Below, one piece after another: positions 12,401-26,645 of a stretch of DNA of 64,000 bases. The notes beneath the pieces were generated by a model. The model was not told the origin of the DNA, did not search any database, and saw only the letters and a program-made list of their open reading frames with translations. The position numbers were made by a program, and so were the translations under genes. This DNA is from Octopus vulgaris (Eukaryota): assembly GCA_951406725.2 (NCBI GenBank), contig OX597835.1, positions 12,462,001-12,526,000 of the forward strand, in the 5' to 3' direction. The first letter of the stretch is position 1; each line of letters starts with the position of its first letter.

Positions 12401-15400
12401 CAGCATCGGTTGTCAAGCGATGTTGGAGGGACAAACACAGACACACAAACACACACACACACACATACATACATACATATGTATGATGAGCTTCTTTCAG
12501 TTTCCATCTACCAAATCCACTCACAAGGCTTTGGTTGGCCCGAGGCTATAGTAGAAGACACTCGCCCAAGGCGTGCTAAGGTTTCTGCCAGCTCGCTGCC
12601 TTTGGGTTGGATGATTTAACCAGAGCTAGCAAGCTTGTGAGCTGCACCAGATTTCAGTCTAACTTAGCTTGTTTTCTGTGTCGAGATGCCCTTCCTAACA
12701 TGCCAACCACTTTACAGAGGTGTGATAGATGCTTTTACATGATGCTAGCACAGGACCCTTGCAGGATATTCCTCTTCAATAACAGGAGTGCCATTGTCAG
12801 AAAAATATGTCCTTTGTATGAAATGTGAGATTGAGAACAGGCAAATGGTTAAAAACCATCATGGTGATATTGACATCCTCAGAAAATACCAGAAATAACA
12901 AAGATTATTGATATTCTTCCTCCATTTTTCCAGTTCCTAATTATGTTTACAAATGCTTCTTTCCATTTTTATATCAGTGTATTCTTCTCTGCTCCCAAGA
13001 AGTTGGTTTTGTTGCCGCAAAGAATCTCTACAAAACACTGGCAAGTGAAAACGAACTTAACAAGGTAAGTTCAGAAAGACCACACTCCTGCTTAGCATTG
13101 TTCTTATTTCTTGTGTAAATATTGATTTCCAATTTTGGCACAAGGGTAGCAATTTCTTCACTCCTGCTCCAGAGCGTCGGCTGCGGGGTCATTCCGAAAA
13201 GCTCTACCTGCGACGATTTCATCTCAATTGAAGGAGAGGAGCTTTCTCCGTCCGGGTTGCGGATCCGTGGAACAAGCTGCCAGACGAGATGGTGAAGATG
13301 CCGACGACCGCTTTGTTCAAAGCCTCTCTTGACCTCAAGTGGCCTGAACTCTTTACATGAACACCACCCTGTACTTAACTCCATGTCCCCCTACATGGCC
13401 TTGCTATTTGCTTTTGAGCCAAATTAACTAACTAACTAACTAACTAACTAATTTCAGGGGAGGGGGAAAATCGATTATATCAACCCCAGTACTCAACTGC
13501 TACATCATCATCATCATCATTTAGCGTCCACTTTCCATGCTAGCATGGGTTGGACGGTTCAACTCGGGTCTGGGAAGCCAGAAGGCTGCACCAGGCCCAG
13601 TCTGATCTGGCAGTGTTTCTACGGCTGGAAGCTCTTCCTAACGCCAACCACTCCGTGAGTGTAGTGAGTGCTTTATACGTGCCACCTGCACAGGTTCCAG
13701 GCGAGGCTGGCAAACGGCCACGATCGGATTGGTGCATTTTACGTGCCACCGGCACGGAGGCCAGTCGGGGTGGCACTGGCAACAGCCACGATTCAGATGG
13801 TGCTTTTTACATGCCACCGGCGTGGAGGCCAGTTGGGGCGGCACTGGCAACGGCCATGTTTGGATGGTGCTTTTTATGTGCCACCGGCACGGAGGCCATT
13901 CGGGGCGGTGCTGGCAACGGCCACGATCGGATGGTTCGCTTGCGTGCCACCGGCATTGGTATCACAGCTGCAATTTCCATTGATGATAATCGACTTCGAT
14001 ATGACCAGGATGTGTTGCAAACCTGTATACTTCTTCACTTCAAGCACAATAAACACATGCATCATACACTCATTGTTTACATGGTGCGAAACGTGTTTCA
14101 CAGACAGCACTCTTGGCGAACACTGGCAAACGCCACTGTCTGAATTCATACAAAGGCATGACTTTGGTAAGCCTAAAACCATTCAACTAATTGCTAGGTC
14201 AGTGGTTCTCATGTGACCTTTATATTTTCTTCATCTCCAAATACAGTAAACACGTCATACATTCATCTTTTTTACACGGTGAGAAACGTGTTTCACAGAC
14301 AGCACTATTGGCAAACAACAGCAAGCACCACTGCATATGACATCCTGCAAATCTTTTTTTTAAAAGTGAAAGTGTAAATATAAGAGCCATGCGGTCTTGT
14401 TATTCACTAGGACGTGTGTTTTGATGCATAGAATTGGTAATGGAGGCGCAATGGCCCAGTGGTTAGGGCAGCGGACTCGCGGTCATAGGATCGCGGTTTC
14501 GATTCCCAGACCGGGCGTTGTGAGTGTTTATTGATCGAAAACATCTAAAAGCTCCACGAGGCTCTGGCAGGGGGATGGTGGTGATCCCTGCTGTACTCTT
14601 TCACCACAACTTTCTCTCACTCTTACTTCCTGTTTCTGTTGTACCTGTATTTCAAAGGGCCAGCCTTGTCACTCTCTGTGTCACGCTGAATATCCCCGAG
14701 AACTACGTTAAGAGTACACGTGTCTGTGGAGTGCTCAGCCACTTACACGTTAATTTCACGAGCAGGCTGTTCCGTTGATTCGGATCAACCGGAACCCTCA
14801 TCGTCGTAACCGACGGAGTGCTTCCAGAATTGGTAATATTACAGTAATTCATTGTGTTTGTTTTTATTCGTTTGGAGATCAGTTGGGTTTCTGCTGCTGA
14901 TATGGTACTTCAGATTCTAGCATGAATTTCAGCCCCTCAGAAGTACTATCCATGTTATAGTCGACCCCATAAATTTGACTTTAAAAAATAGTCTAAAAAA
15001 TTTGACTCTTAGACGAGTATGTACAGTACAAGCCACAGAATCCAGGGAACCAACCTTATGAGCCTAGTTCCTGCTCGAGCCATGCCAGGCTCATAAGGGC
15101 CGGTTTCAGTGGTGTAGAAATTCCCCACCTGGATGGGACGCCGGTCCATTGCAGGATTACTCATTTTTGCCAGCTGAGTGAACTGGAGCAATGTGAAAAT
15201 GAAGTGTTTTGCTCAAGAACACAACACACATCCCGGTCCAGGAATCGAAACCACAACCATACGATCATAAGTTCAACACCCTAACCACTAACCCACGCGC
15301 CTCCACTTATGAGCCTAGGGGTCAGGAAGGACCTTTTGATTCTACTTTTTTTTCATTCATGAATATGGAATACAAACTAAAACTAGACCATACTTCCTTT

Positions 15401-15938
15401 ATGTACATAATTATTTCATTAACTTTAATCAATTGAGACTAAAATACATAAATTCAGTTTAAAAATTATATTTTATTAATTGTTTCCCTTGCATTTGTTG
15501 ATTGTCGAAACTACAGGTATATGATCAGCATCTGTGCTGTTTTAACGTCCATTTTTTCCATGCTTGCATGGGTTAGACAGAGCTTATTGAGACGGATTCA
15601 CGATGGACGGATGTCCTTCCTGCCATCAACCCTTACCTATTTCCAAGTAAGGTAATATTTCCCTCATGGCCAGACATGTCCTGCAGACTACTAGAAGTGA
15701 ACGACACCGCTTGTAGGACAGTGACACTCGTTTACAATTACAATTTTGGCTTTCTGAGATTCGCCAACACTACACCTGATTTTCTCCCCTCCATACACAC
15801 GCAAGCATGTATCTGACTCATACACTGTTCACTTCCCAGACATTTGTACATTACTGCATATGCTTTTTACGCACTTCTGACAAGTTGTGGTGCACCTGAG
15901 CACTGTATACAATAATTTCATCATCATCATCATCAACA

Positions 15939-15970
<32 letters not shown>

Positions 15971-18900
15971 TCGTTTAGTGCGAAGGAACACATGAACAAC
16001 GAAAAAAATCTTGTATTAAATGTATATATTATTCAAGGGAAGTAACTCTTGTATCTAATTTAGAAGGAGATGACAGAGGGCTGAGATATGTGTTGCATTG
16101 CTCTACTGAAGAAGACCCTTCCTTCTCGAGTTACGCCTGGCTCATAAGGGCCGGTTTCCTGGTTTCCTTGGCGTATAGGTTCCCCACCTGGATAGGACGC
16201 AGGTCTGTCGCAGGTGAGCTGCAAGATGCAGGAGGAAAGAGGGAAAGTTGTGGCGAAAGAGTCAGCAGAAGTTCGCCATTACCTTCTGCCGGAGTCGTGC
16301 GGAGCTTAGGTGTTTCGCTCATAAACACACACACATCGCCCGGTCTGAGATTCGAACCCGTGATTCCTCGACCGTGACTCCGCTGCTCTAACCACTAGGC
16401 CATGTGCCTCCACACAACTTAAGAAGACCCGCTCACCACAAAAGAATTGATCTCCTAAAACCAGGGTGCCGTATAAAAAGCATTAGTGTAAATAAGCACT
16501 GGTGATGGTGCCACTTAAAAAAGTACCCAGTACACTCTGTGAAGTGGTTGGCATTAGGAAGGGCATCCAGCTGTGGAAACCAAGCCAAAAGAGAGTATGG
16601 ATCCTGGTGTGACCCCTGGTCTTGTCAGGTCCTGTTAAGCTGTCCAACCCATGCCAGCCTGGAAAACAGATGTTAAATGTTGATGAAGATGATGATCACA
16701 GGTGTATTATCATGATCAGTGTCTTCACAGGTTATCTATGTATCGACTGTGCTTACAGCTATATTGCTCTAATCACTCTGACCAAATGAGTATAACTATA
16801 ATTGCCGTATTTGCAGGAGCATCTGTTCAATTGGTACCCAGGAGTACAATTGTATTCACTTATTCACTGTGTTCACAGGGGTATCAATAAATTTACTCTG
16901 TAAAGTGGTTGGCGTTAGGAAAGGTATCCAGCTGTAGGAACCAAGCTAAAACAGATGACTGGAGCCTGGTGCAGTTCTCTGACCAACCATCTCCAGCCAA
17001 ACCATCCAACCCATGCCAGCATGGAAAACGGACATTAATGCTTTATTATTAAAAACGGCCATATCTGGCCCGAACATTCTGTCTGTTATATCTTCAAACT
17101 GGCCAGATCTGGCCTCTCACACCTATCTTACAATGTCATCCTAAAACTCAATCAATCACATCATCAAAATGTCAAAGCTGCAAGATAAGGAATGACTAAT
17201 TTAACCCTTTCGATACCAACCCGGCTGAAACCGCCTCTGGCTCTATATTCTTTGTTATATTTAAAATTAATTGAAATAAACACGGAGCATCTCAACAGCA
17301 ACATGGTTACAAAAGGGTTAAAATATATAATAGAGAAACAATTCTTAACCCTTTTGTTACCAACTCGGCTGAAACTGCTTCTGGCTCTGTCGTACAAATG
17401 TCTTGTTTCCATAAGTTTTGAATTAAAATCTTCCACCAAACCTTAGTCACAATTTATGTTCCTAACACTAACTGAATGATAACTAAGTTATTTTACTAAA
17501 TTCTTTGTTATATTTAAAATTAATTGAAAGAAATACAGAGCATCTCAACAGAAATATGGTAACAAAAGGGTTAAAATATATAATAGAGAAACAATTCTTA
17601 ACCCTTTTGATACCAACCTGGCTGAAACTGCCGTCTGGCTCTGTAGTACAAATGTCTTGTTTTCAAAAGTTTTGAATTAAAATCTTCCACCAAACCTTAG
17701 TCACAATTTATGTCCCTAACACTAGCTGAATGATAACTAAGTTAATTTACTAAATTCTTTGTTATATTTAAAATTAATTGAAAGAAACACAGAGCATCTC
17801 AACAGAAATATGGTAACAAAAGGGTTAAAATATATAATAGAGAAACAATTCTTAACCCTTTTGTTACCAACTCGGCTGAAACCGCTTCTGGCTCTGTAGT
17901 ACAAATGTCTTGTTTTCAAAAGTTTTGAATTAAAATCTTCCATCAAACCTTAGTCACAATTTTTATATTCCTAACACTAGCTTAATGATAACTAAGTTAT
18001 TTTACTAAATTCTTTGTTATAGTTAAAATTAATTGAAAGAAACACAGAGCATCTCAACAGCAATATGGTAACAAAAGGGTTAAAATATATAATAGAGAAA
18101 CAATTCTTAACCCTTTTGATACCAACCCAGCTGAAACTGCCTCTGGCTCTGAGTACAAATGTCTTGTTTTCATAAGTTTTGAATCAAAATCTTCCACCAA
18201 ACCTTAGTCACAATTTATGTTCCTAACACTAACTGAATGATAACCAAGTTATTTTACTAAATTCTTTGTTATATTTAAAATTAATTGAAAGAACACAGAG
18301 CATCTCAACAGAAATATGGTAACAAAAGGGTTAAAATATATAATAGAGAAACAATTCTTAACCCTTTTGTTACCAACTCGGCTGAAACCGCTTCTGGCTC
18401 TGTAGTACAAATGTCTTGTTTTCAAAAGTTTTGAATTAAAATCTTCCACCAAACCTTAGTCACAATTTATGTTCCTAACACTAGCTTAATGATAACCAAG
18501 TTATTTTACTAAATTCTTTGTTATATTTAAAATTAATTGAAAGAAACACAGAACATCTCAACAGCAATATGGTAACAAAAGAGTTAAAATATATAATAGA
18601 GAAACAATTCTTAACCCTTTTGTTACTAACTCGGCTGAAACCGCTTCTGGCTCTGTAGTACAAATGTCTTGTTTTCAAAAGTTTTGAATTAAAATCTTCC
18701 ACCAAACCTTAGTCACAATTTATGTTCCTAACACTAGCTTAATGATAACCAAGTTATTTTACTAAATTCTTTGTTATATTTAAAATTAATTGAAAGAAAC
18801 ACAGAGCATCTCAACAGAAATATGGTAACGAAAGGGTTAAAATATATAATAGAGAAACAATTCTTAACCCTTTTGTTACCAACTCGGCTGAAACCGCTTC

Positions 18901-21900
18901 TGGCTCTTACTGAGTACAAATGTCTTGTTTTCATAAGTTTTGAATTAAAATCTTCCACCAAACCTTAGTCACAATTTATGTTTCTAACACTAGCTTAATG
19001 ATAACCAAGTTATTTTACTAAATTCTTTGTTATATTTAAAACTAATCGAAAGAAACACAGAGCATCTCAACAGCAACATGGTAACAAAAGGGTTAAAATA
19101 TATAATAGAGAAACAATTCTTAACCCTTTTGATACCAACCCAGCTGAAACCAGTTCTGGCTCTTACTGAGTACAAATGTCTTGTTTTCATAAGTTTTGAA
19201 TTAAAATCTTCCACCAAACCTTAGTCACAATTTATGTTCCTAACACTAGCTTAATGATAACCAAGTTATTTTACTAAATTCTTTGTTATATTTAAAATTA
19301 ATTGAAAGAAACACAGAGCATCTCAACAGAAATATGGTAACAAAAGGGTTAAAATATATAATAGAGAAACAATTCTTAACCCTTTTGTTACCAACTCGGC
19401 TGAAACCGCTTCTGGCTCTTACTGAGTACAAATGTCTTGTTTTCATAAGTTTTGAATTAAAATCTTCCACCAAACCTTAGTCACAATTTATATTCCTAAC
19501 ACTAGCTTAATGATAACGAAGTTCTTTTACTAAGTTCTTCGTTATATTTAAAATTAATTGAAAGAAACACAGAGCATCTCAACAGCAATATGGTAACGAA
19601 AGGGTTAAAACAATGTGAATGAATAAGCAATACATTTGACAGAATAATCTGAATGCTAAAGGGTGAAATGACGATGACGACGGTGATGATGATGATGATG
19701 TTGTTGTTCACAGGAGTATCTTCACAAGGCTATCAACAGATTCACTGCATTTATTGGAGTATAAATGAATTTACTGTATTCCAAGGAGTCTCAATGTAAT
19801 CACTGTTTACGAGAGAACTAATGAATTCACTGCATTCATAGGAGTATCAATGAATTGCATTCACAGGAGTATTACTATATTGATTGTATTCGCAGGAGTT
19901 TCAAATACATTCTTTGCATTCATAGGAGTTGTTACTTCATTGTCTCATGTCTTTTTTTTTTCTTTTCTTTTTTTGGTTTTAATCCCCTAATACTCCTGTA
20001 TCTTTTTAAGGTCTCCTATTCCTCAATCTTGGGAGTCCTCAAGACCACTCATACCAACCAAGAGAAATTACAGAACAGCGTCAGTGATGACATCAGCTGC
20101 TTGATCTCAACCTACCTCAAGAAATATCTTTCGACTGTATCCACACCTTTCCTAGTCCAGGTAATTAATTAAAACTGCTCCCTTGTTTGTGCTTTTCGTG
20201 TCATGTGACCTTCCTGCTCACGGCGACAGAATCACTTCCTGGATACAAATGATGCAGCCTCTGAACGGTGCTTGGCTTGACTTGCTGGTAACAGCTGTCA
20301 AATCTAGTTCAAATCATACACACACACTTGTTGCTTTAAAATAAAAATGAAACAAATAAAACAACAAACAAACAAACAAACAATGCATGGGTTTGTGGTT
20401 AAGAATTTTGCTTCCCAATCATGTGGCTTTGAGTTCAATCCCACCCTGTGGCAACTTGAATGAGTATCTTCTAGTTGTAGCCCTGGGCCTTGAGAGTGGA
20501 TTTCAGGGTCTGAAATTGAAAGAAATTTGTTGTGTGTTTGTTTGTGTATGTGTATGTTTGTTTGTGTATGTATGTAAATATGTGTGTGTATCATCATCAT
20601 CATCGTTTAACGTCCGCTTTCCATGCTAGCATGGGTTGGACGATTTTGACTGAGGGCTGGTGAACCAGATGGCTGCACCAGGCTCCAATCTTGATCTGGC
20701 AGAGTTTCTACAGCTTGATACCCTTCCTAACGCCAACCACTCTGAGAGTGTAGTGGGTGCTTTTTATGTGTATATATGAATATAATGTATGTGCTTATGT
20801 ATGTGTATGTATGCATGTGTATACATATCCATGCATGTATGTACATATATACGTTCGTATATACATACATGTGGAGGCGCAATGGCCTAGTGGTTAGGGC
20901 AGCGGACTCGCGGTCGCAGGATTCCCAGACCGGGCGTTGTGTGTGTTTATTGAGCGAAAACACCTAAAAAGCTCCACGAGGCTCCAACAGGGGATGGTGA
21001 TCCCTGCTGTACTCTTTCACCACTCTTTCTCCCACTCTTTCTTCTGTTGGCCTGCTCGCTTAGCCAGTAGAGTGGCATCATTCGAAGGCTAAATCAATGC
21101 GAGCGCATTGTGACCAGCCATGTATAACAACATCTGATGGTCTGGTCGGTCACATGATCACGTGATATACATACATACATATGTACTAAAGTATGTATGC
21201 ATAACCGTATGTTTGTATGTGTGCATGTACATATATATGTGTATGTCGGTATTCATGTATGTATATATATATGTGTGTGTATGTGTTGTGTATGTTTATG
21301 CCTCCTTATCTTGACGTAGTGCAACAGATGCAAATAACTATCTTCCAGTTTGCACTATTCTGTGAAAACATGTTTGGCCATGGAAGAAACAGGTGAAGGT
21401 TGGTGACAGGAAGAGCATCCAGCTATAGAAAATCTGTCTCAGCAAACTCTCTCTGACCCATGGAAGGTGACCAAACAATTTACCGTAAAAAAATTCCCCA
21501 TAGAACAATTGGCTGTAGGACTATTCACCGTAAGACAATTCACTGTATGGATGTTTTGCTGCAAGGACATTTTGCAGTAAAGCTTAAAACTTGAAATTGC
21601 CTCGTTAATTAAATAAATTAGTTAAAGGAATAGTATCATTTTTGTTAATTGCTGAAATGATAATTGAAAAACAGAAAGTTCATTTAAATTTGAAACAACA
21701 TTGTTAATTGCTGTAATGATAATTTAAAAGCAGAAAGGTCGTTTAAATTTGAAACTGCATCGTTAATTTCTGAAATGAGAATTTAAAAACAGAAAGCTCG
21801 TTTAAATTTGAAACTGCATCGTTAATTGCTGAAATGAGAATTTAAAAACAGAAAGTTCGTTTAAATTTGAAACTGCATCGTTAATTGCTTTTGGGTATTT

Positions 21901-23111
21901 TTGCACAGCACTGGCACAAGTGCTTTTTATATGACACCAGTGCTTACGGGCCCACAAGATTAGGGATGCTCACTTGGAGAGGACTGCAGGGGACAAACCT
22001 GTATGCAAGGGCTACCATGCTTTTTCCTTAGCTTGACATGTCTTTTCAAGCACAGCAAACCACAAGGAGTCTTGGTCCCCTGTTGTCCCTTCTGTGAGTC
22101 CCAACTTTTGTAAACCCTTTCTCACCACTTCGCCCCCCCCCCATTGCTGGCCTTGTACCAAAATTTGAAGCTAATAATTCTACCAGCTCACAACTCTCCC
22201 ATCCTTTTATAGATTGTGTTTTTTTTTGTATCGATATAAATAAATCTATTTACATCACATTTTCTGAACCATATTCCAAGTGGCGCCTTTAATGGTATCT
22301 GCTGTGTGTTTCCTGTGTTTAGGCTGCCAGCAAAGCTGTAGAAACGGAGAAGCAAGACAGTTCTGGTTTCTTTGACAGCCAAAAGGAAATCAGGTATGTT
22401 GCTATGGATACTCTCTCTCTCTTTTACTCTTTTACTTGTTTTGTTTCAGTCATTTGACTGCGGCCATGCTGGAGCACCGCCTTTAGTCGAGCAAGTCGAA
22501 CCCAGGACTTATTCTTTGTAAGCCTAGTACTTATTCTATTGGTATCTTTTGCCGAACTGTTAAGTTACGGGGACGTAAACACATCAGCATCGATCCCCTG
22601 TCATCCTTTCTGTGAGTCCCAACACTTGCCCAAGGTGCCACACAGTGGGACTGAACCCAGAACCATGTGGTTCGTAAGCAAGCTACTTACCACACAGCCA
22701 CTCCTACACCTCTTTCTTATATTCTCTATTGGCAAAAGGCACTGATAGAATAAGTACCAGGCTTTAAAAGAAATAAAAGCACCAGGGCCAAGTTCTTCAA
22801 CCCTTCAAGACAATGCCACATCACAGCCACAGTCCAATGACGACCATCATCATTAAACATCATTTAACATCGATTTTTCTATGCTGGCATGGGTTGGTCA
22901 GCTTGACAAGAACTGGCAAGGCCAGAGGCCACACCAGGTTCCATAGTCTGTTTTGGTCCTTCCTAATGCCAACCATTTTATAGGGTGTACTGGGTGCTTT
23001 TTACATAGCACTAGCACTAACATCAATGCTTTTTACATGGTACTCTGGTATTAGGATATCAATTCTGCTGAGATGGGTGGGTTTTCTCAAGTAGAGCAAT
23101 GTGTATAGATA

Positions 23112-23157
<46 letters not shown>

Positions 23158-23328
23158 TATATATACACAGGTATATTGGTGCAAATAGGAAAAGTAGGAC
23201 TTAAAATATCAGTATATGTATAATTTTTATTTATATTTAGCAGAAGCAACAGAGTGACTCAAGGTCCAAGGGTTTCACGTGTGCCAACTCATGAAACTCC
23301 GGGCCTTTGAGTCACTCTGTTACTTCTG

Positions 23329-23384
<56 letters not shown>

Positions 23385-23783
23385 AAAATAGTAATGCAAT
23401 ACAAGAGTATTGCTTTCCAGTAAAGAATAGCCCATGAGGGAAAATTATACATAGAAGTAAATATATGGCACAACGAAGTACCGATATTTACTGGAAAATA
23501 GCGAATGTTGTCGTGGTATATGTTGGCTGATGAAGATAAATCAAGTATATGTGTGCAGGCATATCTTGAAAAATCTGAAACCGGTCCCGGTCCCACATTA
23601 TCCTTTTCTAGGTATTTCATCTTTCAGATGTTCTCCCTGGAGGTAAGACAATTTTTTTCAAGTTTGTTGCACTCACGCATTTTTGCTAGTACATACGCGA
23701 TGAAGCTATACATTAGCGTCGTATTATTACGTTCGCTATTTTCCAGTAAATATCGGTACTTCGTTGTGCCATATATTTACTTC

Positions 23784-23828
<45 letters not shown>

Positions 23829-26594
23829 GGCTGTCTGACGATGGCTTAGCTGGCAGAAACTTCGAACTCTAAAAAAATATTGAGTAACCCATCGGATTAA
23901 TGCAAAATTGTTTTTATTATAATTGAACTTTAAAACAATTGTTAATATATATATACGTGGTGATATATATACATATATATATATATATGATAATCTTCTA
24001 CATAATTGCCATTTAGCAAATTCACTCACAAGGTATTGTAGAAGATACTTGCCCGATGTGCCGTGCAATGGGACTGAACTTGAGACCTTGTTGTTGCAAA
24101 GCAAGCTTCTTTACCATGCAGCCAGGTGGGTGTAGTTCAGCCTACCCAAATTCCTAATTGAAATTCTGGCGTGTTTATCTTCGCCGTTCATTCTATGGAA
24201 GATCGATTCTATGATTAGATTCATTACGTTATTCCCCCAAAATATTCATAGCTTTGTAATATAGATCGTGCTTTGAAGATTAAGGAAAACCCACCCAAAA
24301 CCTCAAAAAAAAACTCGTTAGATGTGAACAGGAAAAGTTAACTCTTGTAGTTAATAGTGAGAGTTATTGCCCTTACCCACACCGTTAAATTACTGGAGTT
24401 GTTTATGAGAGGAAGTGCGTTCGATACGTAGTGGTGCTATTTCATTTCCTTTGTGCTTCACTCCGGAGAGTGTTTTTTTTTTTTGAAGTAGACAACCATG
24501 ACACACTACATGAATATGAACGGTCCAGCAAGGGAGACACAACTTGTTAAAAACAGCAGTCAAATCTCCTGCAAAGTCACAGCCAACTGTCTTAAAAAAT
24601 AAAAGCAAGGACACATTAGAAATGCATTAAGTGTGAAAGAAAGCAGGAGGTGGTCATGGCTAGAACGCTTATTGTATGCTAAACGCAGCGACCTTAAGAA
24701 TATGAAAATTATATATGTGACAAGAAACGTGTCACTTTTAGAGTTTTATCCACGTTGGGTGATATAAACGATAACCACAGTAGTTATTTAGCCCTAGGTC
24801 AGCCCTGATCAAGACGATCCATCCATGACCATTCCAGCTTTTTCATTGGACTACATTGCCAATGCTTTGTTTCTTTCGTAAGACAACAAAGGTTGTTTTT
24901 ATTTCTGTTTTTCCATGCTAGCATGGGTTAGACAAGTATCCTATTGGAACACATTTTTTAACATCAGTGTTTTTCTTTTTCTTTCCTTTCAAAGTCACTG
25001 TTCTCCTCTACGTGTATCCTCCATCCCGTCCTTCTATTTTTGGCAGAAACGTTAGCACGTCGGGCGAAATGCGTAGCCGTATTTCGTCTGTCGTTACGTT
25101 CCGAGTTCAAATTCCGCCGAGGTCGACTTTGCATTTCATCCTCTCGGGGGTCGATAAATTAAGTACCAGTTACGCACTGGGGGTCGATATAATCGACTTA
25201 ATCCCTTTGTCTGTCCTTGTTTGTCCCGTCTATGTTTAGCCCCTTGTGGGTAATAAAGAAATAGGTATTTCGTCTGCCGCTACGTTCTGAGTTCAAATTC
25301 CGCCGAGGTCGACTTTGCATTTCATCCTCTCGGGGTCGATAAATTAAGTACCAGTTACGCACTGGGGGTCGAAATAATCGACTTAATCCCTTTGTCTGTC
25401 CTTGTTTGTCCCATCTATGTTTAGCCCCTTGTGGGTAGTAAAGAAATAAATTAATTCCATTCCTTCTAATAACTTCAGTTGAACTTGTGTCTGCTTATTT
25501 CAGGCTTTCTCCAGAATTACTCAAGACCATAGCATCAAAACTGTTGCATAAAGACACGTTGTCACCTTCGTTGTATCTAAAAGACGAGGACGACAGACAT
25601 TACAAAGAAAAACTTCGAAACATCTGGAAAAAGGTAAATGACTTCAAATATTTTCATTTCTTCTCATGATGCCACTACCCACTGACTGGCTCTCGTGCCA
25701 GTGGCACATAAAAAGCACCAACCGAACGTGGCCGCTGTCAGTACCCCCTGACTGGCCCCTGTACCAGTGGCACGTAAAAACCATTATCCGAACATGATCA
25801 ATGCCAGTCCCACCTGACTGGCTCCTGTGCCAGTGGCACGTAAAAACCATTATCCGAACATGATCAATGCCAGGCCCACCTGACTGGCTCCTGTGCTGGT
25901 GGCACGTAAAAAGCACCCACTGCATTCTCGGAGTGGTTGGCATTAGGAAGGGCATCCAGCTGTAGAAACTTTGCCAGAATTTGTCGAGGTGGATTTTCTA
26001 CAGCCAGATGCCCTTCCTGTCATTAACCCTCACCTATTTCCAAGCAAGGTAATGATGTTTTACCATCATCAGATATGCTTTTACAGATGATTGGAAATGA
26101 AGGGCATCACTTGTGTAGCTGTGACACTTATCTGCAAATATCATGCCATGTCAAGACACAGGAACAGTATACTCTTCCTCCTTCTAACATGGAATGAAAA
26201 CTTCTGATGATAGCCTGAAATAGTAACATTATCACTAACTTCTTAGTCATGGTTAGCACAAGAGAAACCAGTCGACTGGGTCTTTTACTATGACCTTGGG
26301 CCAACCAAAGCCTTGTGAGTGGTTTCGGTAGATAGAAACGGAAAGAAGCCTGTCATATATATGTATATATATCTGTATCTGTATGTGTGTGTTTGTCCCC
26401 CATCACTGCTTGACAACTGGTGTTGGTGTGTTTGCATACCCGTAACTTAGTGGTTCAGCAAAATAGACTGATGGAATAAGTACTAGGCTTACAAAAATAA
26501 GTCCTGGGGTCGATTTGTTCAACTAAAACCCTTCAAGGCAGTGCTCCAGCATGACTGCAGCGAAAGAATAAAAGAATATATATGTATATATGAA

Positions 26595-26645
<51 letters not shown>

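Noticed and set aside
13550-14216. 197-aa and 182-aa overlapping ORFs
   Set aside because: They lie mostly in GC-rich SINE D subrepeats that are open in several frames.
14442-14520. tRNA gene
   Set aside because: A/B boxes are present but the sequence runs into a multi-copy SINE body without an acceptor stem; the same holds for the other tRNA-like heads.
17201-19608. Repeat-spacer array resembling CRISPR
   Set aside because: The spacer is constant, the repeat is a ~230-bp MITE, the context is eukaryotic and there are no cas genes.
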